Positions 49,901 through 61,182 are shown, counted from the first letter of the stretch. The stretch: DNA of 64,000 nucleotides from Amoebophrya sp. A120 (GCA_905178155.1 CAJINV010000012.1:1678492-1742491), one strand, 5' to 3'. The notes: generated from the sequence alone by a model not told the origin. Program-made: numbers and translations.

Positions 49901-52900
49901 CACAGGATATGCAAAAAAAACTGGAGCAGCAGCTCGAGGACTGGAGAGACCAGACGCTTTTCGAAGAATTTCAAGAAGGGCTAGTGCTTGCCGAGGGAAC
50001 GGGAAGGATAACGCAAAAACAAAGAGAAAGCTGTGCGACGAAGTTGTCACGCGGCGAGGACAGAAAGGTGGGCTATTCCGATCTAGTCCTTGGGCCGCAG
50101 CTGTGCGGGGCGAGTACTGGTGCTGGGGTGGAAATGGGTCGACGTTTAGAAGGTGTGTCTGGTTCAACAGCAGCAGCAAGAGCAACATCAACCAAAAACG
50201 AAGACGACACGACGACTACTTCAGCTGAACAGGATGACTCACTGCCGCACGACGACAAGTCCCCGCCGCGCAAGGCTTCTCCGCCGTCGGCGGAAGAGCA
50301 AAGGCTATTAAAGCTGTGGCAAACCATCTACTGTCCGTCCCCGTTGTTTTTTCGACAAAACACATCAGCCTGCGCGGAGGTCACAGCTGCGCTGCATCAA
50401 AAGTCATCTCAGACAGATCATGAAAGAGCAGGCTCTGGTGGCTCTAGATCATCCCCCTCCTCAGCGTCGACCTGTGATGTTAGTGGTTCAAGCGGAAGCT
50501 CGCGTGAACAGGCAGGAACGACAAGTACTAGAGAGCACCCAGCGAAGGCTTATTCGGAATCGGAGGTGCAGGAAAAACAAAGTTTGTTTGATGCCGACGT
50601 ACCAATGAAAGTAGGGCAAGTAGAAGAAGGACGACAGCCACCACCAGCACCATCAACAGCACAGCCGCAGCGCAGCGCCTGTGAAAAGACCACAGCGTCC
50701 TCTTCTCAAAGACCACCGCAGGAGAAGATCTTGCCATGCCAACACCGCTACATGTCGGAAGCGTTTGAAAAGTCGAAGCAGTTGAAGATTTTCCTGACCC
50801 GCATGGCAAATCGCCTCCGCATGTGGCACTTTCTCGGTCTCCAGGCGACTGTAAACGAGAACGATGTATGCCCGATCTGCTTGGAACCGGTGCTGATAAG
50901 CCGCGGCGGTGGGAAGATGCAGAAGGATAAGACGCATGACAAAGTGACAGACTCTTCCTCATGCAGCAATGGTGCCGAGGATGATATCTCCGAGCTTCTC
51001 GTGTCGTGTGCCTCCAGACCGGTCGCGCACGTGATGCACGCCAGCTGCTATGTGCAGCATGGGTACGAGCTCGGGGGCAAAAAACAACTCTACCGGAAAC
51101 GGAGTCGTCGGTTTCTCCGGGACTGCCCGGTCTGTCGCGAGTCGAAGTTCCCGCGGATGAGAGGACGCGTACGAGAAAATGACGTGGCAAATAAAGCCGG
51201 TCCACACATCTTTAATGATGCGAAGGTGCCTGCTGACGACAGCGAGGACAAGAAAAAGACTTCTCTATCAAGAACCTCAGAAAGAGAAAGAAGGTCGGAG
51301 GTGCAAGAAAACCTTAACACCAGCACGGAGAAGAATAACCAGGCCGCCAATAGTTGTGTCTTCGAGTCCGACTCGAGTTTGCTAACCGCGGCGTTGAAAC
51401 GGGCTCTGTGTTGCAATCGGCGGGTGGCTCTGTCAAATTTCGAGAAGAAAAAGCTGCTGCTGCTGCAGCAAGCAAGGCTGGAGAAGGAGCAGGCGCAAGC
51501 AAAGCTGGCAAGGGACGAGCGGGCGGTGAAACAAGAAAAGGAACTACACGAAGATCATACTGATGCTCTTTCGTCGGAGCGAGAGCGTGATCTTGAGAAC
51601 CGCCCCGCTTCAGCCTCCTTTTCGTCCCGGTTATTTTCGCCCAATAATTATGCGAGCAATGTGTGGCGCCTGAGCAGCAGCGCAGCTAGCAGCTCTGGAT
51701 CTGCAGCTACAACAACCTCCGCGATGAACAACGTCGAACTGGATCCACCAGCATCCGAAACCATCCTCCTCCGCACCCGCAGCACCGCCGCTGAAGAAGT
51801 GGCGACGCGGTGGAATAACGTGATGGAGGTGTTTCGCAACGCACTCTCGACAATTGCTATCCAAGAAAAAAACTGTGTTAGTGTAAACTTTCTTTGGCTG
51901 ACAGCATCTGCTCTACATGACAGAGAAAACCTGTCATGCGTGGCTTACAAGGGAAAACACACAGGAAAAGAAGACCGCATGGTTGTCTGGCATGACAGGT
52001 GTAAACAGTTTTGCATTTTCTGCATTACAGAGCTACACTTAGACAGTTTTTTTCTTGCATAATTGCGGACGAAGACAGCGAAGACGAGGATAGCTGGCTG
52101 GAAAGCTGGAGCTCCTTTCTCGACGTCGTTCCGCTGGTATGACAGTGCACGACTCCCGCTCGTCCCCCTCATTTGTCATGCAAAATACCGAATCGTCCAC
52201 ATCTTGCGCTTGCCTTTAAGCACTCTGCGCATGACAAGTTTTGGACGCCCAAACGCCCAAACAGGACTACATTCCACATTTACGGACTTGTCATACGAAA
52301 GCTACGTTTGTGGCATTGCTTCTGTTCCTGTTGCTGCTCATGCTACAGTACAAATGAGGAGGAGGGGGAGTTGTGCACTCTCATAGCTGGCGCCTGCTGC
52401 TGCTCCGAGCGAGGGAACAAGATCTACAGTCCGCGGAGGTGCAACGGCGAATGTAATGCCATCGAATAACTTGTTGAACTACAATTTGAATGATTTGGTT
52501 TTTCAGCAACTGCAGGACAGTCTTCTAAACCACAATCGTAACGACCACACTAACATAAACATGCCAACGAACGCAGCTGACTTGGACGAAACCGCCGGGA
52601 TTTGGGGCGGTTTGGCCCTGATGCCGTTCGCGGACGCGATTTCTAATCGAGGGACAGCACAGGAACAGGACATGCCGTGGTACCAATTCGGCGGCCCGCC
52701 GGTGCCATATCCTGTGCAAAAGTATCGTACTCGTATTGCAGTCATGCATTACAAATTTTTTTCTGAAGCTAAATCCGCATATAGATTTCTCATGCTGAGG
52801 AAATTTCTAATGCATTTATACGAGTGTATCGAAGAAAAAAACACCATCACAGTCACAAAATTCAAATTTTCAAAATTTTGCAGGAGCTGAACAAAAAATT

Positions 52901-54845
52901 ATTTTGATTTTCAGGTAAGAAAATACTTTTCAATTCTCGAATGCGAATGTATTTATTTTTGTGTTAGCTATTTGGTTATGTCAAAAATGGCGGTTTGAAT
53001 AAGCTAGTTAAGAAAGAGTTCTGAAGACAAACGATCAGCTTCCAGCAGACGAAGCTTGGTAGATGGGGTTGTCGCCCTCGTCTGGCCCCAGGTGGGGCCA
53101 GAGGGCGACAACCCACACTACCACTGTTCGTCTGCTGGAAGCTGAACGATTGTCTTCAGAAATCTCTCTTCTTAACTAGCTAGCTTACCATGCGAGCTTA
53201 ACTTAATCATGCGAGCTGCTTCGGCAGTTTTTACCGTCCTCTTGCTATCACAATCACTCCCTTTGGCTGCAGCGGATGTCGTGCAGTCGATCGTGGACCA
53301 TAATGCAGAGGCTTTCAGCCCCGAAACCAATGCGGCTGGCGGAACGGCGAAAGGTATCTACTTATATTGCTTTTTTAACAACGGGCTCATTTGGTGCTTG
53401 CGCCTCGAGGTCTCTTGGTGCTTGCACCTCGGGGTTTAGGGTCGGAACGTTCCCAGCACCGCTGGAAGCACTGAACCTGAAGGGCGTGCACGCCTGGAAG
53501 GATCCGAGCATGGCGCTTTACTAGCGCCTTTTCAACGTTTACCTTCATCCTCCTTTTTGTTTCTGCTGTTTTCCTTTTCTCGGGCCCTACTGGCACCAAG
53601 CAGTTTCTTTCTGCGGCTCCCGCCCTTCCTGCTGTCGGTTTTGTCCTATTTTAGTTTTTTTCATATGTGCACATGACGATGTGTACATGATCATGCGTAC
53701 CGCGGCCTTCTCCTTTTTCTGCACGGGCAGCTTCCCTCCAACACATCTCCCCTCCACGTCTCCGTCACGTCCCGGATGCCGACCCGGTCCAGCAGCCGAC
53801 GCAGGGGTTTTAGGGTTTAGGCTTTTAGGGTTCTCCTATTTTGATCTTAACTAGCTAGCTTACCGCCAATAGCCAATATCATAAATCATCTGCTTCAAAA
53901 CTCAACATTCAAAACCAGATACAACAGGTTCGGGAGTGCCGCGAAAGTCCAACGAAATTTTAATTTTGATGGTCAAAAATTTTGAAAATTTGAATTTTGT
54001 GATTGTGATGGTGTTTTTTTCTTCGATAGAGTGCGATACTTTTGCAATGCATATGCCACGACCGGCGCAACAAGGTGCTGGTGGTTCCACCACTGTAGTT
54101 CCCCCAAACCGACCAGTGACTTTGACCACAACCAATCTTCCGGATGACCAAGAACACAATTCCTCCTCGTGGAGCTACACCCAGGTCAGGCGAGGCTTGT
54201 TGAACCGGCTAGGATTTAGCCGTGGCAATGTCAATGCTGCTCAGGTAGAGGATGAAGCTAGAAGTACGGCTAGCAGTACAACTCGGAACGAGCGGAGACG
54301 AGCAGGCAGTTCGCCGGAAGTAGATGGACCTGCTCCCTCTCATCGCGAACTCATTATGCTACTCAACTTGAACCACGGCACTGCTGCGGCGGGGACAGGA
54401 GTTGCACCAAGCGACAGCCCGAGAAACTACTACCAAAATGAAAATGTTTTTGACTCTGCATCTTCTGCTGCTTCTCCGCACCCACTGCAGCCGATGCCAA
54501 TTCCGGTCCGGGTCCGGTTGGAACATGCCTTGGTTCCGGATGACGTGTTATGCTCTGCAAAAATGTGGCGCTCGTAGTACTTACTCGTTGCAATTCTGCA
54601 TTGCAAATCGTATTCAGATAGGAAAATCAGCAAGACAAACTCCGATTGGTTTTTGAAAAAGTTTGTCATGCGATGTTTACTAGCTGCGATATTTTTGCAA
54701 TGCATACGTACGAGCCCTGATCCAGGAAATTCATTCCGATGACGTGCGGTATCTCTGGCTCGCAGTGGAGGAAGCGCCAATGGTGTCGGTCGGATGCCTG
54801 GCGTTTTTGACGGTCCTACTAGAAAAAGCGTGGAGCCCGATGTAG
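46946..54845 (+). CDS. Large low-complexity RING-H2 finger protein (putative E3 ligase); 5 introners; start uncertain
   Basis: CPICLEP..CASRPVAHVMHASC..CPVCR at ~50869-51138; exons join in frame across five introners to TAG at 54843-54845. Confidence 0.75.
49757..49909. mobile_element. Introner family A
   Basis: TGCAAAAGTATCG TIR; DR TGCAA; joins the 955-aa and 717-aa ORFs. Confidence 0.9.
51858..52061. mobile_element. Introner family E
   Basis: TATCCAAGAAAAAAACTGT TIR; DR ATTGC. Confidence 0.85.
52138..52385. mobile_element. Introner family B
   Basis: TATGACAGTGCAC TIR; DR GCTGG. Confidence 0.85.
52708..54053. mobile_element. Introner family A with nested 1.2-kb TIR element
   Basis: TGCAAAAGTATCG TIR; DR TGCCA. 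Confidence 0.85.
52827..54028. mobile_element. 1.2-kb non-autonomous TIR element (TAT...ATA, 5-bp TSD)
   Basis: ~50-bp TIR TATCGAAGAAAAAAACACCATCAC...; TSD GAGTG; internal 180-bp hairpin. Confidence 0.85.
54549..54706. mobile_element. Introner (family A-like)
   Basis: TATGC..TGCAAAAAT TIR; DR CGTGT/CGTAC. Confidence 0.75.
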
Positions 54846-56172
54846 GAAAATGTGACTGAGAAAACTTCTGGTCTCATGAAAACAACGACCCGGAAAGAAC
54901 TCAAACTCTGTCTGTACTAAGGTGATACATATGTTTGTTGACATAGCCTTCTGATGATGCTTCATCATGCATGGCATATTGATCTGCTCCGAGCCGGAAA
55001 ATGATTTTCGTGAGGACGAGGATGTTTTTCCATAGCATACGCCATTCGAATGGTTTACCAACCCACCTGCCGGCGCGGTGTGAAGGAACAAGCACGCGCG
55101 ATGCAACCGCGTGAAGTGCTGCCGGTTGTACGAAAATAGGAACATTGTTTCATGGGGAATAAAAGGGGAGTTGTCATTGAGAGTAGTTTCTATCAAGAAT
55201 AAATGCGCAATAATGTTGCTGCGACCACTACAAGAACTTGCTGTTTCAAACATGACACATAACACATATTGTGTAGACATAGATTTCAATTTCTGGCGTT
55301 TTGATCGACTTTGACAGTTTTTAAAAGAGTTAGCGTACGAGATCAACAACGCGATTGGATGAAGCATGGAAAATACTTAAAATGTACGACTGAAGTAGAG
55401 ATACCAGTCTCAATTGCAATTGCAAATCGAAATCTGGATACATAGGTAGCACGACCAGTAAGACCACGAGGCTATCGAATGATTTAGATTTTGTTTTGTG
55501 TCGTTCCTGCCATCATGCTAGTTTTTTGATACGTCCGCAAAAAATATTTCTGGTGCTGCAAAAAGGAAAACGCTGGCACTGCTTCAGAATGGTTAATACA
55601 GTATGTAAAACCTCCACTGGTTCTCCTTCCTATCCCCGCGTCCTCTTCACAATATCTCCATAAGCTTGGCGCTCTGGGAAAAGGATGTAACTGACCAGTC
55701 TGAATGTCCATCATCTGGATGATCGATTGATAGATTTACAAATGCATCAATTCAATATCCCCCAGCCCTGCATCGGGCTTGCATAAAAGTGCACGTGGTC
55801 GTGTATATCGCGTTGGATCTTTCGTTTCTTCAGCATAGGCTGGCAGGAGTGTTTCAAAAGGTTTTTGCTCCTATTAGGACGGATGTAGTCGTGTTCCAAT
55901 TCTACCTAATAGAGCGTCTCTGTTTCTTCAAAAACGAGGGAGTTGTACTAGTGAGCCACGGAAAAAGACTATCGAGTGGGACAGATAAATCAAAATTTTT
56001 GCCGCTTCTTCCAAGCGAGCCATTTCTTTGAGTGGGCGATGAAGTTAGTATAGTGGTCCTACCAAGCAGATAAACTCCTTCAAAACGACATCAGAGCTGT
56101 ATCTTGTCGAAAAAGTAGAATCCATCCGCTGCTGAAGCTAGAGCTACTCGTAACAGAAAACTACCTCACAAG

Positions 56173-59100
56173 ATGTTTTGCGGTGGTGCCTCCGGTCCAT
56201 ATACGACGGATTTGCCGCAGCCAAAGCCGTGTCGCGAAGGCTGGAAGCAGACGGTCGATCGCCAGCCGCCGTATGGTGTGTACCAACCGGGGACGGCAAA
56301 CAAGGACCTGGGGGTACGGAAATGGAAAAACATAGAACAGAAGCCGTCATGTGTTGTCATGCAGGTGTCTGCAGCAGTGTTACGTTTTGTCATGCAGGGA
56401 CTGCATTTGATTTCGATGCTTCTTGACAAGACTTTTCACTCCATACTCTCTCGGTCCCATCCTGTACAACAGCGCGTACAAGGACACATGGAAGTTGCCG
56501 ACAGGTATCAGATAGATCATGAACTACCCGATCTTCACACTGAAAAGCTGTCATGCGGAAACAGCATGTTGCAAAGATCTTGTGATCTTCATGTTGAAGA
56601 TCCACTAGCTGCAAAATTAAGTAAGGTAACTAGCATCACATCGAAATCACTATATCAGGCCCCGTCTCCGGCCACAAGAATATCATCGAGTGCTGGCACA
56701 ACGCCTGCCTGGACTTATGAACTGCAAAAGCATCGTACTAGTATAAGTCGCATGACAAATTTCCACAGCATGAGAAATAAAATTTGTAATGCGGATTTAA
56801 CTTCAGAGAGAAACTTGTAATGCATGACTGCGATTACTACGAGTACGATACTTTTGCAATGCATAGGACGGCAAGGACGGCAACGCCATGGGGTATATGC
56901 AGTGCAAATATGTCTAGGTTATTTGGAAGGTTGCGCACTTGTCAAGCTTAGTCCGGATCGTATAAAAATTTGTGTTGCAGGATTGCCAAATGTTGTTCAC
57001 TTTTGACCAAGTTGGGAGAGCTTTTCTCATGCAGGATAGGCATGATCACAGAGGTCTCGCAGAGTCTGTCATGCTAGGTCCTGCATTGCAGCCTGTCATG
57101 GGTTATGGACAACCTGCATGACAAGTCTCGCAACCTGCAGACCCAGACATATTTGCATTTGATAGGCTACCGCAAGCTGATCGACATCGTGTACGAAAAG
57201 GACCCGATATGCGAAGAAAAAAGTGTTACCGTTACACATTGTGTTGCAGGCCAAGCAAGACAGACAATCTCTGTCATGCCGGATATGCATCATGGGAGCC
57301 TAGTTTGTTCATAGATACGCGTTTTCCCTTGTTATGATCTCTGCATTGCAAGCTTTTCCTCTCATGCAGAGAAATAAATCTGTGTTGCTAAATTGTTGAC
57401 AACAAATGTGTAATTGTAAAACACTTTCTTCCTTGGATACCCAAAGGACGGCAAAGAATACGAAAAGCTGCACCTCGCGAACGAGCTCACCTACGTCACC
57501 TACACGCAGTTGCTCGACCGTGTGAAATATCAAGTGCAAAAGTATCGCACTCGTATAAATGCATTACAAATTTTCCCAGCATGAGAAATGAAATTTGTAA
57601 TGCGGATTTCCCTTAACGCCTAAATTTGTAATGCATAACTGCAATTGGTACGAGTGCGATACTTTTGCACAGGACATGAAGGCCTTCACCATGGGTTTGA
57701 AGGACTTCACTGGTGAGGACTTCTTCGCGAACAAAAACTCCCGCGGCGTCATTTTATGAGAGTGCACAACCCCCCCTCACGACCCTCATTTCTAATGCAA
57801 AATACCGAACCCACCTCTTGCCTCTAAGCACTGTACGCATGACAAGTTTTGGACGCCCAATCAGGACTACAATCCATGTCCGGATTTATTGTCATGCAAA
57901 AGCTACATTCATCCTCATCGTGGCATTCGCATTCCTTCTGTTGCTGCTCATGCTATACAAATGCGGGGGACGGGGAGTTGTGCACTGTCATACACTTTCG
58001 CGGACACGCAGATGGACTGGATGTGCTCCGTATGGATTGCAAAACTGTCTGGGTCTGGAAGATTGCAACTTGTCATGGTAAATCTGAAGCATGCAAAAAT
58101 CTGTGTTGCATGAGTGCCAAAAGCTGCAAACTTTTGAACGAGTTGGAAGGAAGTTTCTCATGCAGGATAGGCATGGCAGAGACCTCGCAGAGTCTGTCAT
58201 GCTAAGTCCCGCATTCCAGACCTCATGGGTCATGGAAAATCTGCATGGCAAGTCCGCAGCTTACTTTCCAGACCCAGACACTTTTATTTTTGATACTCCG
58301 CGCTCGGGTTCTTTTCCCAGGCACTCCCGATCGTGACGGTTTACTCGACTTTGGGGGAGGAGGGACTGAAGTTCGCGCTGACGCAAACCTCCGCGGAATT
58401 CGTCGTCACCGACGCGAAACTGGCCAAGGTGCTGGCCAAGGTGCTGCCCTCGGTGAAATCCACGATGAAGTACGTGGTTTTACTCGGCGACGCGAAGAAG
58501 TACTGCAGTGCGGAGGTCATTATCAACTGCAAATATGTCCGGGTCTGAAAACTTGGCATGCATGTCAGTGAAAAATAAGCACACTGCAATGCACCGCCAA
58601 GCATGACAGATTTTTTCGTGGCTCCTCTGTGTTGTGGATTCTGCATGAGATGAAGCTGCGTTTTTGGATGGCAGACGCAAGGAGCTGCTCTACTTCGTGG
58701 CCCCGCAATGCAGATCTCGGAGTCATGCCAGACTAGCATGACACTCTTGCTCTTCTAGACCCTGACATATTGGCAGTTGATAGTCATGAAGACGTTATCC
58801 GAAAACGTCAAAGTCGGAATTTTCAACGAACTGGTAGAGATCGGTGCGCCAAAGATCATATGCAAATTGCAAAAGTATCGTACTAGTAGGAATTATTGCA
58901 TATACAAATTTTATTCTCAGAAATAACACAAATGGAATTTGTGATACTGATTCAGCTACTAAAGTAGATTTGTCATGCGAGGCTGCAATTTTTACTACGA
59001 GTATCTGATACTGTTGCAGTGCATAGATCAGCGAATGGGCGATTAAACCGGTGAGTTTGGAGGAAACGGCAGTGATCATGTACACCTCGGGGACCACCGG

Positions 59101-61182
59101 GAATCCGAAGGGCGTCGTCATCTCGCACGGCAATGTCGCTGCTCTAATTGCGGCGGGGGAGCAGGTCTTCGCGGGGATGGTGGAAGCGGGGGATACGGTG
59201 CTGGCGTACTTGCCCTTGGCGCACATCATGGAGATCGCGAGTAGAATGGAAGTGATGGCTTCACCTGCTATGCTCGGCATGCATAATTTGCATATTACAA
59301 TACTGGCAGATCATGTTCCTTTACTTCTGTCCCAATAAGTCTGGTGTACTATAAATGCGAGAAACGCATCAAATAAACCAAAAGGTGAAGTGACCTGTAT
59401 GTCGACCGGAGTGACGCTCTGCTACGCGAACCCGCACACATTATCCGCGACCGGTGTGAAGCTGAAAATACCGGAATCGAAGGGAGACTTCGAGGTTTCG
59501 AGGCCGCACAGCCTGCTGTTTGCGCCAGCGGTGTTGGAAAAAGCGTACAACGGGTTGAACTTGCTCTTTGCGAGTGGGATTAAGAAGAAGATTTTCGACG
59601 GTATACATAGTGTAGTTAGATAGTCGTGTAGTTTGTAATGCGACAACACACGACCATGGATGTTGCGCGTCTGATTTAAGTATTTCCTTTTCAGTTTTCT
59701 GTCATGCATACCGCACTAGCTACAAATCACTGCATATTACCGTTGTGGATGATTTAGATTCGCATTACAACGAACAGCCGCCGTCCGCAACGGGAAAGCG
59801 AAGTTCCAAGCCTCCGGCGTGACCCGCGACGAGTGCTTATCCTAATGAAAAACGTCCCCACCCCAGAGTCAAGATGGGGATTTTGCAACACAAACGTTGG
59901 AGTTTTGGGAGCCACGCATGACAAATTGCTAGCTGTAGTGTAGTGCAGTTTAGAAAGGGAAGTCGCATTACAAATCCATCTGCTTATCCTGTTTACAGCA
60001 TTACAAGTTCCAAAACACGATCGGAATTGCCTATCATGGGGATGCGCATTACAAATGCTCTTGCGCTTGCAGATCTGCATGACAACTCTGGGGTGGGGAC
60101 GTTTTTACATAGGATAGTGCTACTTGGGTACCACCGGCTGCTTTCCCAACATTGTCTGCAAGAAGATCCGGGCCCGGTTCGGCGGCCGACTGAAGGCGGT
60201 GTTGACCGGTTCTGCCCCGTTATCGAAGGACTTGATGTGCTTTTTCCAGACGATTTTGGGGATTCCGGTGCGACAGGGATACGGATTGACGGAAACGTGT
60301 GCGGTGTCGTGCATCGCCTTCTGGTGCGACAACACGCCCGCGAGCGTCGGGCCGCCAGCGATGGCGTCGGTATAATGATGGTGTGAGTTGTTGTAATGCA
60401 GAATCAGAATCTCGGTCTGTGTTTGTCATGCGGGAATGAGACTAGGTATTGAAGGCGTGTCATACTCAACTACATGCAAAATAAGGTCATCCGGCTCCGT
60501 GACTGGGAGGAGGGCAACTACAAAACGTCCGACGAGCAGGACCCAAATATCGGCAAACCGCGGGGGGAGGTGTTAATTGGCGGTCCGATGGTTACGCAGG
60601 GGTACTTCATCAAAAACCCATCCGATCCGGACGAAGAGGACCAGGCCTTGATGTATGACTCGCTCAAACGTTACAATCTCAAACGTTACAATAGAGTCTG
60701 GAATTTGTGTTGCATGATGAGCATGACAGACTCGCACAGCGTTCCACCTTTTGCAATAGAAACTTTGCCAGATTGTAGGGGGGTTTGGGGCTCAGGAACT
60801 TGTCATGCGCAATCCTATGAGAGTTGATGGCGAGAGGACTATGCACTCTTGCGTCACAGATTTCCATACTCTATTCGTAACGTTTGAGATTGCAACACCT
60901 GAGCGGGTTACATGATGCAGAAAAACAAGGAGGAATACCTGGAGGTCGACGGATACCGGTGGTTATCGTGTGCAAAAGCATCGTACTCGTACTAATCGCA
61001 GTCATGCAAAACAAATTTCATTTTCAAGCTAAATCAGCATGACAAATTCCGTTGGTCATGCTGAGCTAATTTGTGTTGCAATACTACGAGTACGATACTT
61101 TTGCAGTTCATAGTGGTTTTGCTCCGGCGATATTGGCCAGATCTCCCAGCACGGGACCTTGCAAATCGTGGACAGGAAGAAG
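56173..61182 (+). CDS. Long-chain acyl-CoA synthetase (AMP-binding family); 3' end lies beyond the window
   Basis: Spliced motifs VIFADTQMDWM, VTVYSTLGEEG, IMYTSGTTGNPKGV, YLPLAHIME, FGGRLKAVLTGSAPLS, QGYGLTET, PRGEVLIGGP, WFCSGDIG, IVDRKK; 11 introners plus GT-AG introns (~56314-56658, 59241-59384, 59601-59778, 60370-60486, from 61183). Confidence 0.92.
56716..56865. mobile_element. Introner family A
   Basis: TIR; DR GGACT/GGACG; body antisense to 6704-6864. Confidence 0.85.
56896..57164. mobile_element. Introner family A2
   Basis: TGCAAATATGTCT TIR; DR GGGTA/GGCTA. Confidence 0.85.
57208..57439. mobile_element. Introner family E
   Basis: TAT..AAAGTGTT..TTACACATT TIR; DR CCCGA/CCCAA. Confidence 0.8.
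57528..57676. mobile_element. Introner family A
   Basis: GTGCAAAAGTATCGCACTCGTA TIR (right end ACA); DR TGAAA/TGAAG. Confidence 0.85.
57755..57992. mobile_element. Introner family B
   Basis: TATGA.AGTGCACAAC TIR; DR CATTT/CACTT. Confidence 0.85.
58031..58295. mobile_element. Introner family A2
   Basis: TGTCTGGGTCTGGAA TIR; DR CTCCG. Confidence 0.85.
58521..58782. mobile_element. Introner family A2
   Basis: TATCAACTGC.AATATGTC TIR; DR GTCAT. Confidence 0.85.
58859..59025. mobile_element. Introner family A
   Basis: TATGCA..TGCAA TIR; DR GATCA. Confidence 0.85.
59838..60116. mobile_element. Introner family C
   Basis: TATCCTA..AAAAACGTCCCCACCCCAGAGT TIR; DR GTGCT. Confidence 0.9.
60654..60912. 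mobile_element. Introner family D
   Basis: CAATCTCAAACGTTAC IR (right end ACA); DR TGATG. Confidence 0.8.
60964..61112. mobile_element. Introner family A
   Basis: TGCAAAAG.ATCGTACTCGTA TIR; DR GTGGT; removal gives YRWFCSGDIG. Confidence 0.9.

Noticed and set aside
54850-56150. Possible gene between the RING and synthetase genes
   Set aside because: Only short ORFs with no recognisable motifs or exon structure.
3134-61112. Recurring peptides such as LQKYRTR, CKYVWVWK and MRRRGSC in many ORFs, suggesting a protein repeat family
   Set aside because: They are translated introner TIRs, not coding sequence.
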